DNA of 32,304 nucleotides from positions 1 to 32,304 of the forward strand of contig JBGAIN010000093.1 in the NCBI GenBank assembly GCA_044225505.1. Reading direction: 5' to 3'. The DNA comes from Limisphaerales bacterium (GTDB lineage: Bacteria > Verrucomicrobiota > Verrucomicrobiia > Limisphaerales > SIBE01). Below are positions 1 through 8,887 of this stretch, piece by piece. The position numbers were made by a program, and so were the translations under genes. Position 1 is the stretch's first letter. Each line of letters begins with the position of its first letter. Under the pieces are notes generated by a model, which saw only the letters and a program-made list of their open reading frames with translations, ran no database searches and had not been told where the DNA came from.

Positions 1-303
1 GACCGCCAGACCAGCCGCGAGGGGAAGCAATTGAACGCCTTCCGCTGGGGCAGGAGTTGGGACAACCGCGGAGAGCCAAAGCCCACCGCGATCGGAGATC
101 CAGGTTCGCTGGAATCGTCCCCGCCCGGCCGACTGTTCGTCCGCGCGCACGGCGTTCCAGGCGGGGAGTTGGGCAGCGAGCAGGTTGGTCGAGGTTGCCT
201 GCGCGACTTCATGGACGACCCATTGGGTGGACCCCGACTGGATGACGATGGAACGTGCGTCGGCCAAGAGCTGAGACGGCGCGATGGATGAGTTGCGGTT
301 CAC
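1..303 (-). CDS. birA: Biotin--protein ligase (BPL/BirA catalytic domain, no N-terminal HTH); partial, runs off window start
   Basis: Not in the ORF track. Manual translation from GTG at 303 gives MNRNSSIAPSQLLADARSIVIQSGSTQWVVHEVAQATSTNLLAAQLPAWNAVRADEQSAGRGRFQRTWISDRGGLWLSAVV, with the BPL motifs STN, AxxQxxGRGR and WxSxxGGLxxS. It lies directly downstream of a biotin carrier gene. Confidence 0.88.
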   Translation of the reverse strand, partial: MNRNSSIAPSQLLADARSIVIQSGSTQWVVHEVAQATSTNLLAAQLPAWNAVRADEQSAGRGRFQRTWISDRGGLWLSAVVPTPAPAEGVQLLPLAAGLAV

Positions 304-362
304 ATTCAGAGAAGGACGCCCGTCGAGGGAGGCACGCGGCCGGCCCTGGCACAGGCTAACTT

Positions 363-791
363 CTAAACGATGCGCACCAACGACTGGCCTTCTTCGACCG
401 CGGATCCCACAGAGGTCTTTATTTCACCGACTTTTCCGGATTTCGGCGCAAACACGAAGGTGTTCATCTTCATGGCCTCCAGGGTGACGAGATGGTCGCC
501 TTCCTTGACCTCCTGCCCTACGGTGACAACAACGGCAGTGACCCGGCCGGCGAGAGGACTAGGCACATCGCCAGGGCCCGAGGCGGCGGCGGGGGCAGGG
601 GAGGGCGACGGTGCGGCTGCAGGCAATGGAGGCGGAGCCGTAGCGATGACTGGCGGAACGGCAGAAGGCGGCGGAGCGGCCGGAGCAGTGAATGGGCCTA
701 CCGAGAGGGCAGGCGCCGCAGAATCATCCGGCAATTCGACAGTGACATCGTAGGTATTGCCGTCCACGGTGACGCGTAGCTTTTTGATCAT
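363..791 (-). CDS. Biotin carboxyl carrier protein (transcarboxylase 1.3S / MmdC-like subunit)
   Basis: N-terminal KLRVTVDGNTYDVTVE hairpin, Pro/Ala-rich linker and C-terminal biotinyl domain with EAMKM. Confidence 0.95.
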   Translation of the reverse strand: MIKKLRVTVDGNTYDVTVELPDDSAAPALSVGPFTAPAAPPPSAVPPVIATAPPPLPAAAPSPSPAPAAASGPGDVPSPLAGRVTAVVVTVGQEVKEGDHLVTLEAMKMNTFVFAPKSGKVGEIKTSVGSAVEEGQSLVRIV

Positions 792-853
792 GAGAAGGGT
801 CGCTTGTTAGCTTGCTTGAATTGATATTGGAATTTAATGGCCTCAGTGTCCAG

Positions 854-882
854 ATTATGCGGGCAGCACGCCGGCCCTGCAA
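854..882 (-). promoter_or_regulatory. Candidate internal sigma70-type promoter for biotin carrier and birA
   Basis: TTGCAG-N17-CATAAT on the minus strand, in the 110-bp gap upstream of the biotin carrier gene, followed by an AT-rich leader. Confidence 0.35.
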
Positions 883-901
883 GCGTGTGGCCGGGCGATA
901 A

Positions 902-1306
902 TCATCGTATTTTATGCGATTGGAAGATTTGGGTTCGGCCTTCCAAGGCCCATACGTTGAGGTGTGGGACTGGGGTTGCGACCTGTTGGACGGAAACGAG
1001 ACGGTAGGGACGATTGATCACCACGGAAACTGCGGCGGCGATCACCGCGGCAATCTCGGGCTCGACCGCCGTCGCCACCCGTTGTGCGGGGGCGGGCCCA
1101 TGGACGGGCTGCGCTCCCGCCAGGCTGAGCCGGGCGGACTCGAGCAGCGTTGTGGCCCGTTGCAGAGCCGATTGAATTTCAGCGCTGCGAGACGGTTCGT
1201 CCAGTCTTGGAAGAATCCGATGAATCACGGCCAAGACTTGACCGAGGCGTGACTCAATGTCGGTGGAACCGTCAGCAGTCGAGGTTGGAAGTTCTTGTTT
1301 GCTCAT
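902..1306 (-). CDS. Small accessory subunit of biotin-dependent carboxyltransferase (OadG/MmdD delta-like C-terminus, no membrane anchor)
   Basis: C-terminal IAAVIAAAV...WALEGR motif typical of delta/epsilon-type subunits. It sits between the carboxyltransferase and biotin carrier genes. The N-terminus is amphipathic and charged rather than hydrophobic. Confidence 0.8.
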   Translation of the reverse strand: MSKQELPTSTADGSTDIESRLGQVLAVIHRILPRLDEPSRSAEIQSALQRATTLLESARLSLAGAQPVHGPAPAQRVATAVEPEIAAVIAAAVSVVINRPYRLVSVQQVATPVPHLNVWALEGRTQIFQSHKIR

Positions 1307-1339
1307 GGGTGTTCCGCCTTTCAGACGGCGTGGCTGGGC

Positions 1340-2893
1340 TTAGAGCGGAATGGTGCCGTGTTTCTTGGGCGGTCGTGTTTCCCGTTTTGTGAGGGTGTTT
1401 CGCAGAGCCAGGGAGACGACCGCTCTGGTTTCCGACGGAGCGATAACGTCCGTGATCATGGCTTTCTTTGCGGCTTCGTAGGGAGAACAGAACTTCTCGC
1501 GATATTCCGCGACGAGCTCTGCTTCCTTCGCCTTGGCATCCTTCGCCGCTGTGATCTCGCGGCGATAAAGGATTTTCACTGCGCCTTCAGCGCCCATCAC
1601 AGCGATCTCCGCCGAAGGCCACGCGTAGACAAAGTCCGCCCCCATATCGCTACTGCACATGGCGAGATATGCCCCGCCGTAAGCTTTGCGAAGGATGACG
1701 GTGATCTTAGGCACCGTGGCCGCCGCATACGCAAAGAGCATTTTAGCCCCGTGACGAATGATGCCTCCCCGTTCCTGTTGCACTCCGGGCATAAATCCTG
1801 GGACGTCTACCAGGGTGACGATCGGAATGTTGAAAACGTTGCAGAACCGAATAAAGCGAGCGCCTTTGTCGGATGAGTCGATATCCAGAGTGCCTGCTTT
1901 CACCGACGGATTGTTGGCGATGATCCCGACCGAGATGCCTTGGATCCTCGCAAACCCGACCACGATATTGCGCGCCCAGAGCGCATGAACTTCGAGAAAA
2001 TCGCCATCGTCCACCAACCGCCCGATCACCTTATGAATGTCGATGGGTTCCTTGGCGTTGGCTGGAACCAGGTTATCCATCTCCGGATCGACGTTTAAAT
2101 CGATCTGCGCTGTGGGGCGATGAGGTGGATCGAGGAGATTGTTCGCCGGGATGAACGAGAGAATCTTGCGGGCGATCTGAACGGCGTGCGCGTCGCTGTC
2201 GGCGATGAAGTGGATATTGCCGCTCACCGAGGCATGCGCCATGGCGCTCCCAATCTCATCCATGGTGCATTTCTGTCCGGTGACCGCTTGGATGACCTCA
2301 GGTCCGCAGATGAACATCTGGGACGAACCCTTGACCATGATGATGAAATCCATCAGGGCAGGGGAATAAGCCGCGCCGCCTGCACAGGGGCCAGCCACGA
2401 TTGCGATCTGGGGCACGACGCCGGAGAGAAGCACGTTGCGGAAAAACACTTGCCCATACCCTGAGAGGGAGTCGTCCCCCTCTTGAATGCGGGCGCCGCC
2501 AGAATCGTTGAATCCGATCACAGGGCAGCCGACCTTCAGGGCGTAGTCCATGAGGTCGGAGATCTTCTTGGAGTGGATCCGACCGAGAGACCCGCCACTG
2601 ACGGTAAAATCCTGGCTAAACGCGGCTGTCAGACGTCCGTCGACAATACCAGTTCCAGTGACCACGCCGTCCCCAGGAAGAGACTTCTTTTCCAAACCAA
2701 AATTGTGGCAATCGTGATCTGCGTGCATTCCCCACTCCTGGAAAGTTCCGGACTGGAAAAGTTCGGTCAAGCGGTCACGGGCGGTCATTTGCCCTTTTTT
2801 CCGGCGGGCGTCCAATTTGTCTTCGCCGCCACCGGCGCGGGCTTCAGTGCGGCGTTTTTGGAGTTCTTCGAGATAGGCTTTGGGGATGGACAT
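1340..2893 (-). CDS. Acyl-CoA carboxyltransferase (methylmalonyl-CoA carboxytransferase 12S / PccB/MmdA family)
   Basis: DSGGARIQEG, GPCAGGAAYSPALMD, VDVPGF, RKAYGGAY and C-terminal PPKKHGxIPL motifs. Confidence 0.96.
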   Translation of the reverse strand: MSIPKAYLEELQKRRTEARAGGGEDKLDARRKKGQMTARDRLTELFQSGTFQEWGMHADHDCHNFGLEKKSLPGDGVVTGTGIVDGRLTAAFSQDFTVSGGSLGRIHSKKISDLMDYALKVGCPVIGFNDSGGARIQEGDDSLSGYGQVFFRNVLLSGVVPQIAIVAGPCAGGAAYSPALMDFIIMVKGSSQMFICGPEVIQAVTGQKCTMDEIGSAMAHASVSGNIHFIADSDAHAVQIARKILSFIPANNLLDPPHRPTAQIDLNVDPEMDNLVPANAKEPIDIHKVIGRLVDDGDFLEVHALWARNIVVGFARIQGISVGIIANNPSVKAGTLDIDSSDKGARFIRFCNVFNIPIVTLVDVPGFMPGVQQERGGIIRHGAKMLFAYAAATVPKITVILRKAYGGAYLAMCSSDMGADFVYAWPSAEIAVMGAEGAVKILYRREITAAKDAKAKEAELVAEYREKFCSPYEAAKKAMITDVIAPSETRAVVSLALRNTLTKRETRPPKKHGTIPL

Positions 2894-2920
2894 AGGAAAG
2901 TGAGAGTCGAGTTTTTGAGA

Positions 2921-3349
2921 TTAGTGCTGGCAAGCGCAGGTCCCCGGTTTGGGCGAGCAGAACTCAGTGAGGACGCCGAACGTGGATTTGGGATGTAAAA
3001 AGGCGACCAACTTCCCGCCTGCGCCGTCGAACGGTTTTTCGTGGATCAGCCGGACGCCAGCGCCCGCGGCTTGTTTAAGCTGTGACTCGACGTTGTCGGT
3101 ACCGAAAGCCACATGGTGAATACCGCCGCTGGGATTCTTTTCCAGGAATTTGGCGATGGGACTCTCGGGATCGGTCGGCTCCAGCAATTCCAAGTGCACT
3201 TCGCCCGCGCGGAAGAACGCTGTGCGAACCTTCTGGGACGGGACCTCTTCTCGATGTTCACATTTCAGGCCAAGAGCTTTCTCGTAGTAGGGCACAGCTT
3301 CGTCCAAGGACCGGACGGCGATTCCAAGGTGGTCAATTTTCGTGATCAT
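2921..3349 (-). CDS. mce: Methylmalonyl-CoA epimerase
   Basis: Start reassigned to ATG 3349 (MITKIDHLGIAV). Has the VOC-fold motifs LELLEP, GGIHHVAF and FLHPKSTFGVLTE, and sits in a mutase operon. Confidence 0.95.
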   Translation of the reverse strand: MITKIDHLGIAVRSLDEAVPYYEKALGLKCEHREEVPSQKVRTAFFRAGEVHLELLEPTDPESPIAKFLEKNPSGGIHHVAFGTDNVESQLKQAAGAGVRLIHEKPFDGAGGKLVAFLHPKSTFGVLTEFCSPKPGTCACQH

Positions 3350-3368
3350 AAGCGATGAGTTTTCCCAT

Positions 3369-4421
3369 TTAGACCGGTGGTGATTCACGGCGGTCGAAAG
3401 CGTTAAGTAAAGTCTGGGCGGCGCTGACAGCGGTCAGATCGCCGTGCAACAAGGCTTGCTGGATCGCCGGCAGCTCTGCGATGACACGGGCGTCGTGATC
3501 GAATCGGCGCCGGAGTTCGTCGTAAATCAAATCCATCATCCAGTCCAAAAGCTGCCGTTGGCGGCGCTCGGCAATCTGACCTGTGGGGGAGAGCGTGCGG
3601 TAAAAACTGTCGACGGTCTCCCAGAGTTGCGGCACTCCCTCCCCGGTCAACCCGGAACACAGATTGACTTGGGTCCGCCATCCAGGCGTGGCCGGTTGCG
3701 CGTAGTGAAGTGCGGCGTCTTGCTCCCCCCGGGCTTGCTCCGCGCGCAGCCGATTCTCTCCGTCAGCTTTGTTCACCAGGACAAGGTCGGCCATTTCCAA
3801 AATGCCTCGCTTGATTCCCTGCAATTCGTCGCCCGCTCCGGGAAGGAGCAGCACCAGAAAAAAGTCGACCATCGATCGAAGAGTGATTTCACTCTGTCCC
3901 ACCCCCACGCTCTCCACAATCACGATGTCAAACCCAGCTGCTTCACAGATCAGCATCGTTTCGCGGGTGCGTCGGGCAACGCCACCCAAGTTCTCGCCGG
4001 CGGGCGACGGTCGAATAAACGCGTTGGCCTCTCGACTGAGGCGTTCCATGCGGGTCTTGTCGCCGAGAATGCTGCCTCCGGTTCGGGCGCTGCTTGGATC
4101 GATCGTCAGGACCGCAACTTTGTGGCCTTGGTCGATCAAGTAGCAGCCCAGGGACTCGATAATCGTGCTCTTTCCGACGCCGGGAACCCCCGTGATCCCG
4201 ATGCGTCTAGACTTGCCGGAATGCGAGAGCAGGTTGCGCAATAGTTCTTGCGCTTGCGCTTGGTGCGTTCGAGCGCTGCTCTCCACCAGAGTGATGGCGC
4301 GCGCAAGAATGGCCCGGTTGCCTGCCAGCACGCCGGACACCAGTTCGTCGGTCGTTAGCGGACGCGCACGACGGGGCGGCAATGGCCCGCTGGTCGAGGA
4401 ATGTGCCTCAGGGCTGTTCAT
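3369..4421 (-). CDS. meaB: Methylmalonyl-CoA mutase-associated GTPase MeaB/ArgK
   Basis: LARAITLVES, P-loop GITGVPGVGKST, DPSSARTGGSILGDKTRM, ESVGVGQSE, GDELQGIKRG and NKAD. Start reassigned to ATG 4421 because the ORF-track extension overlaps the mutase gene. Confidence 0.96.
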   Translation of the reverse strand: MNSPEAHSSTSGPLPPRRARPLTTDELVSGVLAGNRAILARAITLVESSARTHQAQAQELLRNLLSHSGKSRRIGITGVPGVGKSTIIESLGCYLIDQGHKVAVLTIDPSSARTGGSILGDKTRMERLSREANAFIRPSPAGENLGGVARRTRETMLICEAAGFDIVIVESVGVGQSEITLRSMVDFFLVLLLPGAGDELQGIKRGILEMADLVLVNKADGENRLRAEQARGEQDAALHYAQPATPGWRTQVNLCSGLTGEGVPQLWETVDSFYRTLSPTGQIAERRQRQLLDWMMDLIYDELRRRFDHDARVIAELPAIQQALLHGDLTAVSAAQTLLNAFDRRESPPV

Positions 4422-4508
4422 GCGAGCAGCTGAAAGGGCGCGACCGCCGCGTCGTTGCGCGCGGCCCGAGCGTGCCCATGTCCGGGCCGCGCCGCAGAAC
4501 CTGCTCGC
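4422..4508 (-). other. Nested intergenic stem-loop between mutase large subunit and meaB
   Basis: Perfect 10-bp stem (4459-4468 with 4483-4492) inside an 8-bp stem (4422-4429 with 4501-4508). No U-tract. Confidence 0.55.
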
Positions 4509-4536
4509 CGCGAGGCAGACGGATGGGCTCTTGATG

Positions 4537-6714
4537 TCATTCCAACCGAGCATTGAGCTGAGTGAGAATTTCTTTGGCGGCGTCCGGAATAAATGTGCCT
4601 GGACCGAAGACGGCGTCGGCACCGTTCTGGCGTAGGAATTCGTAATCCTGTGGTGGAATTACACCTCCGACGACCACCATGATGTCGCCACGCTCTAACT
4701 TTTTCAGCTCCTCGCCGAGTTGGATCAAGAGGGTTTTGTGGCCTCCCGCGAGCGAACTGATGCCGACCACATGCACGTCGTTCTCGGCAGCCATGCGCGC
4801 TGCCTCGTCTGGCTGCTGGAACAGCGGGCCGATATCGACGTCGAATCCGAGATCAGCGTAAGCCGTGGCGACCACTTTCGCGCCCCGGTCGTGGCCGTCT
4901 TGCCCCATTTTGGCAATCAAGATGCGGGGACGGCGACCATGTTTAGCCGCGAACTGATCGGTCAATTGGCGAACCTGCTCGATCTGGGGGTTTTGGCCAA
5001 ATTCAGACTGATAAACTCCGGAGACAGTGCGGATCACAGCTTTGTGGCGATTGAAGACCTTTTCGAGTGCGAAGGAGATTTCTCCGAGCGTGGCCCGAGC
5101 GCGAGCCGCGTCCACAGCGAGTGCGAGCAGGTTGCCTTCTCCGCTTTGGGCCGCGCGGGTGAGAGCATCGACCGCGGCCTGGACTTTGTCGGGGTTCCGT
5201 TCCGCTTTCAGGCGTTGGAGGCGATCGATTTGGGACTGCCGCACCGCGGAGTTGTCGACTTCGAGCACGTCCAGTTGATCAGCTTTATCCAAGCGGAACA
5301 AATTGACGCCAACGATGGTCTCTTTTCCGGAATCGATGTGGGCTTGGCGGCGCGCGGCGGCTTCTTCGATGCGGAGTTTAGGCAAGCCCGTCTCAATGGC
5401 TTTGGCCATGCCTCCCAGGGATTCAACCTCCTGGATGTGGCCCCACGCGCGCTGCATGATTGCCTGAGTGAGAGCTTCGACAAAATAGGATCCGGCAAAG
5501 GGATCAATTACTTTGGTGATGCCCGTCTCTTCTTGCAGTAGCAATTGGGTGTTTCGCGCGATGCGAGCCGAAAAGTCGGTCGGCAGAGCAATTGCCTCGT
5601 CCAGAGAATTGGTATGCAACGATTGTGTGTGGCCAAGCGCGGCGGCCATGGCTTCGACGCAGGTCCGAACGATATTGTTATACGGATCCTGTTCCGTCAG
5701 AGACCAGCCTGACGTTTGCGAGTGAGTGCGCAATGCAAGCGACTTGGAATTCTTCGGGTGGAAGGGCTTGAGAAGCTTCGCCCAAAGCGCACGAGCGGCG
5801 CGCATCTTGGCGATTTCCATGAAGAAGTTCTTGCCTTGCGCCCAAAAGAAAGAAAGACGAGGCGCAAAAGCGTCGATCTCGATGCCGGCTTTGAGACCTG
5901 TCCGCACATACTCGACGCCATCCGCGAGCGTGTAGGCCATCTCGAGGTCGGCCGTGGCGCCCGCTTCTTGCATATGGTAACCGGAAATGGAGATCGAGTT
6001 GAACTTGGGCATGTTCTTCGACGTGAACGAGAAGATATCAGCGATAATTCGCATGGAAGGTGCGGGTGGGTAAATGTACGTGTTACGCACCATGTACTCC
6101 TTGAGGATATCATTCTGGATGGTCCCCGAGAGTTGTTCCAGCTTCACTCCCTGCTCTTCGGCCGCGACGATATAAAACGCCATGATCGGCAAGACGGCGC
6201 CGTTCATCGTCATGGAAACTGAAATGCGATCCAACGGAATGGCATTGAACAGGACTTTCATGTCCAGCACTGAGTCGACCGCGACGCCCGCTTTGCCAAC
6301 GTCCGCAAAGGCGCGTGGGTGATCCGAGTCGTACCCCCGATGGGTCGGAAGGTCGAAGGCTACGGATAATCCCTGCTGACCGGCTGCGATATTGCGACGA
6401 TAAAACGCGTTGCTCTCTTCCGCGGTGGAGAATCCAGCATACTGGCGCACCGTCCATGGTTTTGTGACGTACATGGAGCCATACGGGCCGCGTAAAAAAG
6501 GTGGCAGCCCGGGCATGGTGTCCAGATGCTCACAGTTTTTCAGATCGTCGGGCGTGTAGAGCGGTTGGAGATCGATTTGCTCCAAGGTTTTGTGCGCCCA
6601 TTGCTCAAGCGATTTTCCAGTCTCCGCTTCGAATCGGGCGCGCCACGCGTCGTAACCCGCGCCGTCAGGCGCGCTGTTAAAAGGGACATCTCTGAAATCA
6701 GGGAAGGGATTCAT
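4537..6714 (-). CDS. scpA: Methylmalonyl-CoA mutase, large (catalytic, AdoCbl-binding) subunit
   Basis: [32 protein letters not shown] and the B12-binding DGHDRG motif. Has a 4-bp ATGA overlap with the upstream small subunit. Confidence 0.98.
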   Translation of the reverse strand: MNPFPDFRDVPFNSAPDGAGYDAWRARFEAETGKSLEQWAHKTLEQIDLQPLYTPDDLKNCEHLDTMPGLPPFLRGPYGSMYVTKPWTVRQYAGFSTAEESNAFYRRNIAAGQQGLSVAFDLPTHRGYDSDHPRAFADVGKAGVAVDSVLDMKVLFNAIPLDRISVSMTMNGAVLPIMAFYIVAAEEQGVKLEQLSGTIQNDILKEYMVRNTYIYPPAPSMRIIADIFSFTSKNMPKFNSISISGYHMQEAGATADLEMAYTLADGVEYVRTGLKAGIEIDAFAPRLSFFWAQGKNFFMEIAKMRAARALWAKLLKPFHPKNSKSLALRTHSQTSGWSLTEQDPYNNIVRTCVEAMAAALGHTQSLHTNSLDEAIALPTDFSARIARNTQLLLQEETGITKVIDPFAGSYFVEALTQAIMQRAWGHIQEVESLGGMAKAIETGLPKLRIEEAAARRQAHIDSGKETIVGVNLFRLDKADQLDVLEVDNSAVRQSQIDRLQRLKAERNPDKVQAAVDALTRAAQSGEGNLLALAVDAARARATLGEISFALEKVFNRHKAVIRTVSGVYQSEFGQNPQIEQVRQLTDQFAAKHGRRPRILIAKMGQDGHDRGAKVVATAYADLGFDVDIGPLFQQPDEAARMAAENDVHVVGISSLAGGHKTLLIQLGEELKKLERGDIMVVVGGVIPPQDYEFLRQNGADAVFGPGTFIPDAAKEILTQLNARLE

Positions 6715-8867
6715 AGAACAATTCCGAGTCGGTGATGCAGTTGGGTCAGAAGTTCAGCGGCGTCGGCGCGGATATGGATGAAATCATCCACGCCAGTCTT
6801 TTTGTGCGCTTCGACCTGATCCTGCGGAAATCCTGCCAAAATGATGATGGCGTCGGATCGTTTGCTGCGCAAGGCAGTCACCAATTGAGGAACGAGCGCA
6901 GGGTAGTTGTCATCGGTGGAGCAGAGAACTGCGACTCTGGCTTTGCTCGCGGCGAACGCTTCGGCGGCGGCCTCGGCCGTTTTAAACCCGTCCGGTGAGA
7001 GCACATCGTAACCGCCCACGGCCAGGAAGCCTCGAGAGAAATCAGCCCGGGCTTTGTGTTCTTTCAAGGAGCCCATGTTGCAGAGGAATACCTGGGGGCG
7101 CTCGTTTGTTCGGGTCGTGAACTGATCCATGAGGCTGCGTAAGCGCTCGACAGGAACGGCCGCTCGCGTGATGCAAACGGGAGTCACTGACGGGCAGGGC
7201 GTCTCATTGATCCGGAGCGCGCGGGTCACTTCGCCAATGGTCGAGCCAGCCAGCACGGCGTCGACACAGGCTTCGAATAGTCCGTTGTTCCGGTTCTCAA
7301 CCACCAACGCCAGCTTCTCGAGCACTTGTTCGCTCGCTTCGTTCTCCATCGAGGTTCGGTGCGCCGAAACCTGCTGCACGCGACGTTTATGAAAGGCTTT
7401 GGCGTCTAAGGTCGGAATCTCCAGCGGCTTCTCTTTTGAGTTGGCGTATTGATTGACGCCCACGACCGAATCGCGCCGCCGGGTCACGCCTTTGATCTTT
7501 TCGGCCGCTGTCGCGGCCACCGCTTTTTGCGGGAATCCAGCTTGGAGGGCAGTCCCCATGCCGCCGAGCTTCTCGACCTCTTGGAACAACGTCCAAGCGC
7601 GGCCGGCGAGTTCGGCGGTAAGCGCCTCGACATACCAAGACCCACCCGCCGGATCGATCACCTCGTTCAGATGGCATTCTCGTTGCAGAATGAGCTGAGT
7701 ATTGCGAGCCAGTCGCTGGCTAAAATCATCAGGCCGCCGGATCACTTCATCGAACGCTCCTACCTGCATGCTGTCACACCCTCCTAGCACACCGGCAAAG
7801 GCTTCGACCGTTGAGCGTAGGAGATTGTTGTAGGGATCATTGACTGTCTTGTTCCAACGCGAGGTGCGCACGTGTAAGTGGAGGCGCTGCGCGGCCGCGC
7901 TGCCGCCGCTTGTCGACACGGCGCGCGACCAGAGCATCCGCAGGGCGCGGAGCTTCGCAATTTCCATGAAGAAATTCTCGCCCACCGTCACGGCGAAGCG
8001 CATTCGGGGGGCGACGCGTTCCACGGGTAGTCCCAATCGGTTCATCTCGCGGAGGTATTCAATTCCGGTGGCGAGCGTGAAGCCGAGTTCTTGCACCGCA
8101 TTCCCCCCCGCTTCGTGCCACGCGCGGCTGTGGACGCAGATCGTTTGTAGATGTGGGGCGCGATCGGCGGCCCAACGAGTGAGCGCTGCCATCTCCCGGT
8201 AGGCACCTGCGAAAGACTGCGGAAGTTTTCCTTCATGAGAGAGAACTCCGAGCGGGTCCATCTCGATGCATCCGCGCAATGCGGTGGGCGTCTTCTTTCG
8301 TTTACGGACCAACGCCACCAGCAACGCGGCGAAGGGAAGAGCCGAAGCGCCGGAACGAACGAATAAGGAGGTTTTTTCCAGGTCGATCCCGTCGAGTGTT
8401 CGGTCCAAGTCACCCAAAGTCGCGATGGAGAGTCCGCCCGAGCCAACTTCTTCGGGCCGCGCCCAATCTGGGTCATGCCCGCTGCGCGTGGCTTGGTCGA
8501 GGACCATGTTGAGCGCGTTTAGTCCGCGGCTGATATAGTTTCTCGCCGCATTATTAAACTCTGTCGGACTTGAGGTCGCGATCTCCTGGGAGATGTCCCA
8601 AGATTTTTGAAGGTATCCGCTCGCCGTGGCTCCGCGAACAAATGGCGGAAAGCCAGGAAAAGAATTTAAGTGCGGCAAGGGCGGGACGTCCTCGCGACGA
8701 TACAAAGGTTGCAGAGCAATGCCTTCGTAGGTCCCCGTCACCATCTTCTTTTCAAAGGGCGCTCCTTTCAGTTCGGATTCGACAAGTTTCCGCCAATCTT
8801 CATAGCTGACAGGCGGAAACTCCGCGAGCAGCTTGGCATTGGCAGGCGACGAGTTGGCAGAGCTCAT
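6711..8867 (-). CDS. mutA: Methylmalonyl-CoA mutase, small subunit
   Basis: Mutase-like barrel ([42 protein letters not shown]) and a C-terminal B12-like domain lacking DxHxxG (VLCSTDDNY). Confidence 0.94.
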   Translation of the reverse strand: MSSANSSPANAKLLAEFPPVSYEDWRKLVESELKGAPFEKKMVTGTYEGIALQPLYRREDVPPLPHLNSFPGFPPFVRGATASGYLQKSWDISQEIATSSPTEFNNAARNYISRGLNALNMVLDQATRSGHDPDWARPEEVGSGGLSIATLGDLDRTLDGIDLEKTSLFVRSGASALPFAALLVALVRKRKKTPTALRGCIEMDPLGVLSHEGKLPQSFAGAYREMAALTRWAADRAPHLQTICVHSRAWHEAGGNAVQELGFTLATGIEYLREMNRLGLPVERVAPRMRFAVTVGENFFMEIAKLRALRMLWSRAVSTSGGSAAAQRLHLHVRTSRWNKTVNDPYNNLLRSTVEAFAGVLGGCDSMQVGAFDEVIRRPDDFSQRLARNTQLILQRECHLNEVIDPAGGSWYVEALTAELAGRAWTLFQEVEKLGGMGTALQAGFPQKAVAATAAEKIKGVTRRRDSVVGVNQYANSKEKPLEIPTLDAKAFHKRRVQQVSAHRTSMENEASEQVLEKLALVVENRNNGLFEACVDAVLAGSTIGEVTRALRINETPCPSVTPVCITRAAVPVERLRSLMDQFTTRTNERPQVFLCNMGSLKEHKARADFSRGFLAVGGYDVLSPDGFKTAEAAAEAFAASKARVAVLCSTDDNYPALVPQLVTALRSKRSDAIIILAGFPQDQVEAHKKTGVDDFIHIRADAAELLTQLHHRLGIVL

Positions 8868-8887
8868 AGACTTTTTCCTCGGGCGTC

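Noticed and set aside
331..885. Similar words GCACGC(GG)CCGGCCCTG after two adjacent genes (about 332-349 and 866-879)
   Set aside because: Only two short GC-rich copies, not enough to call a REP-like repeat.
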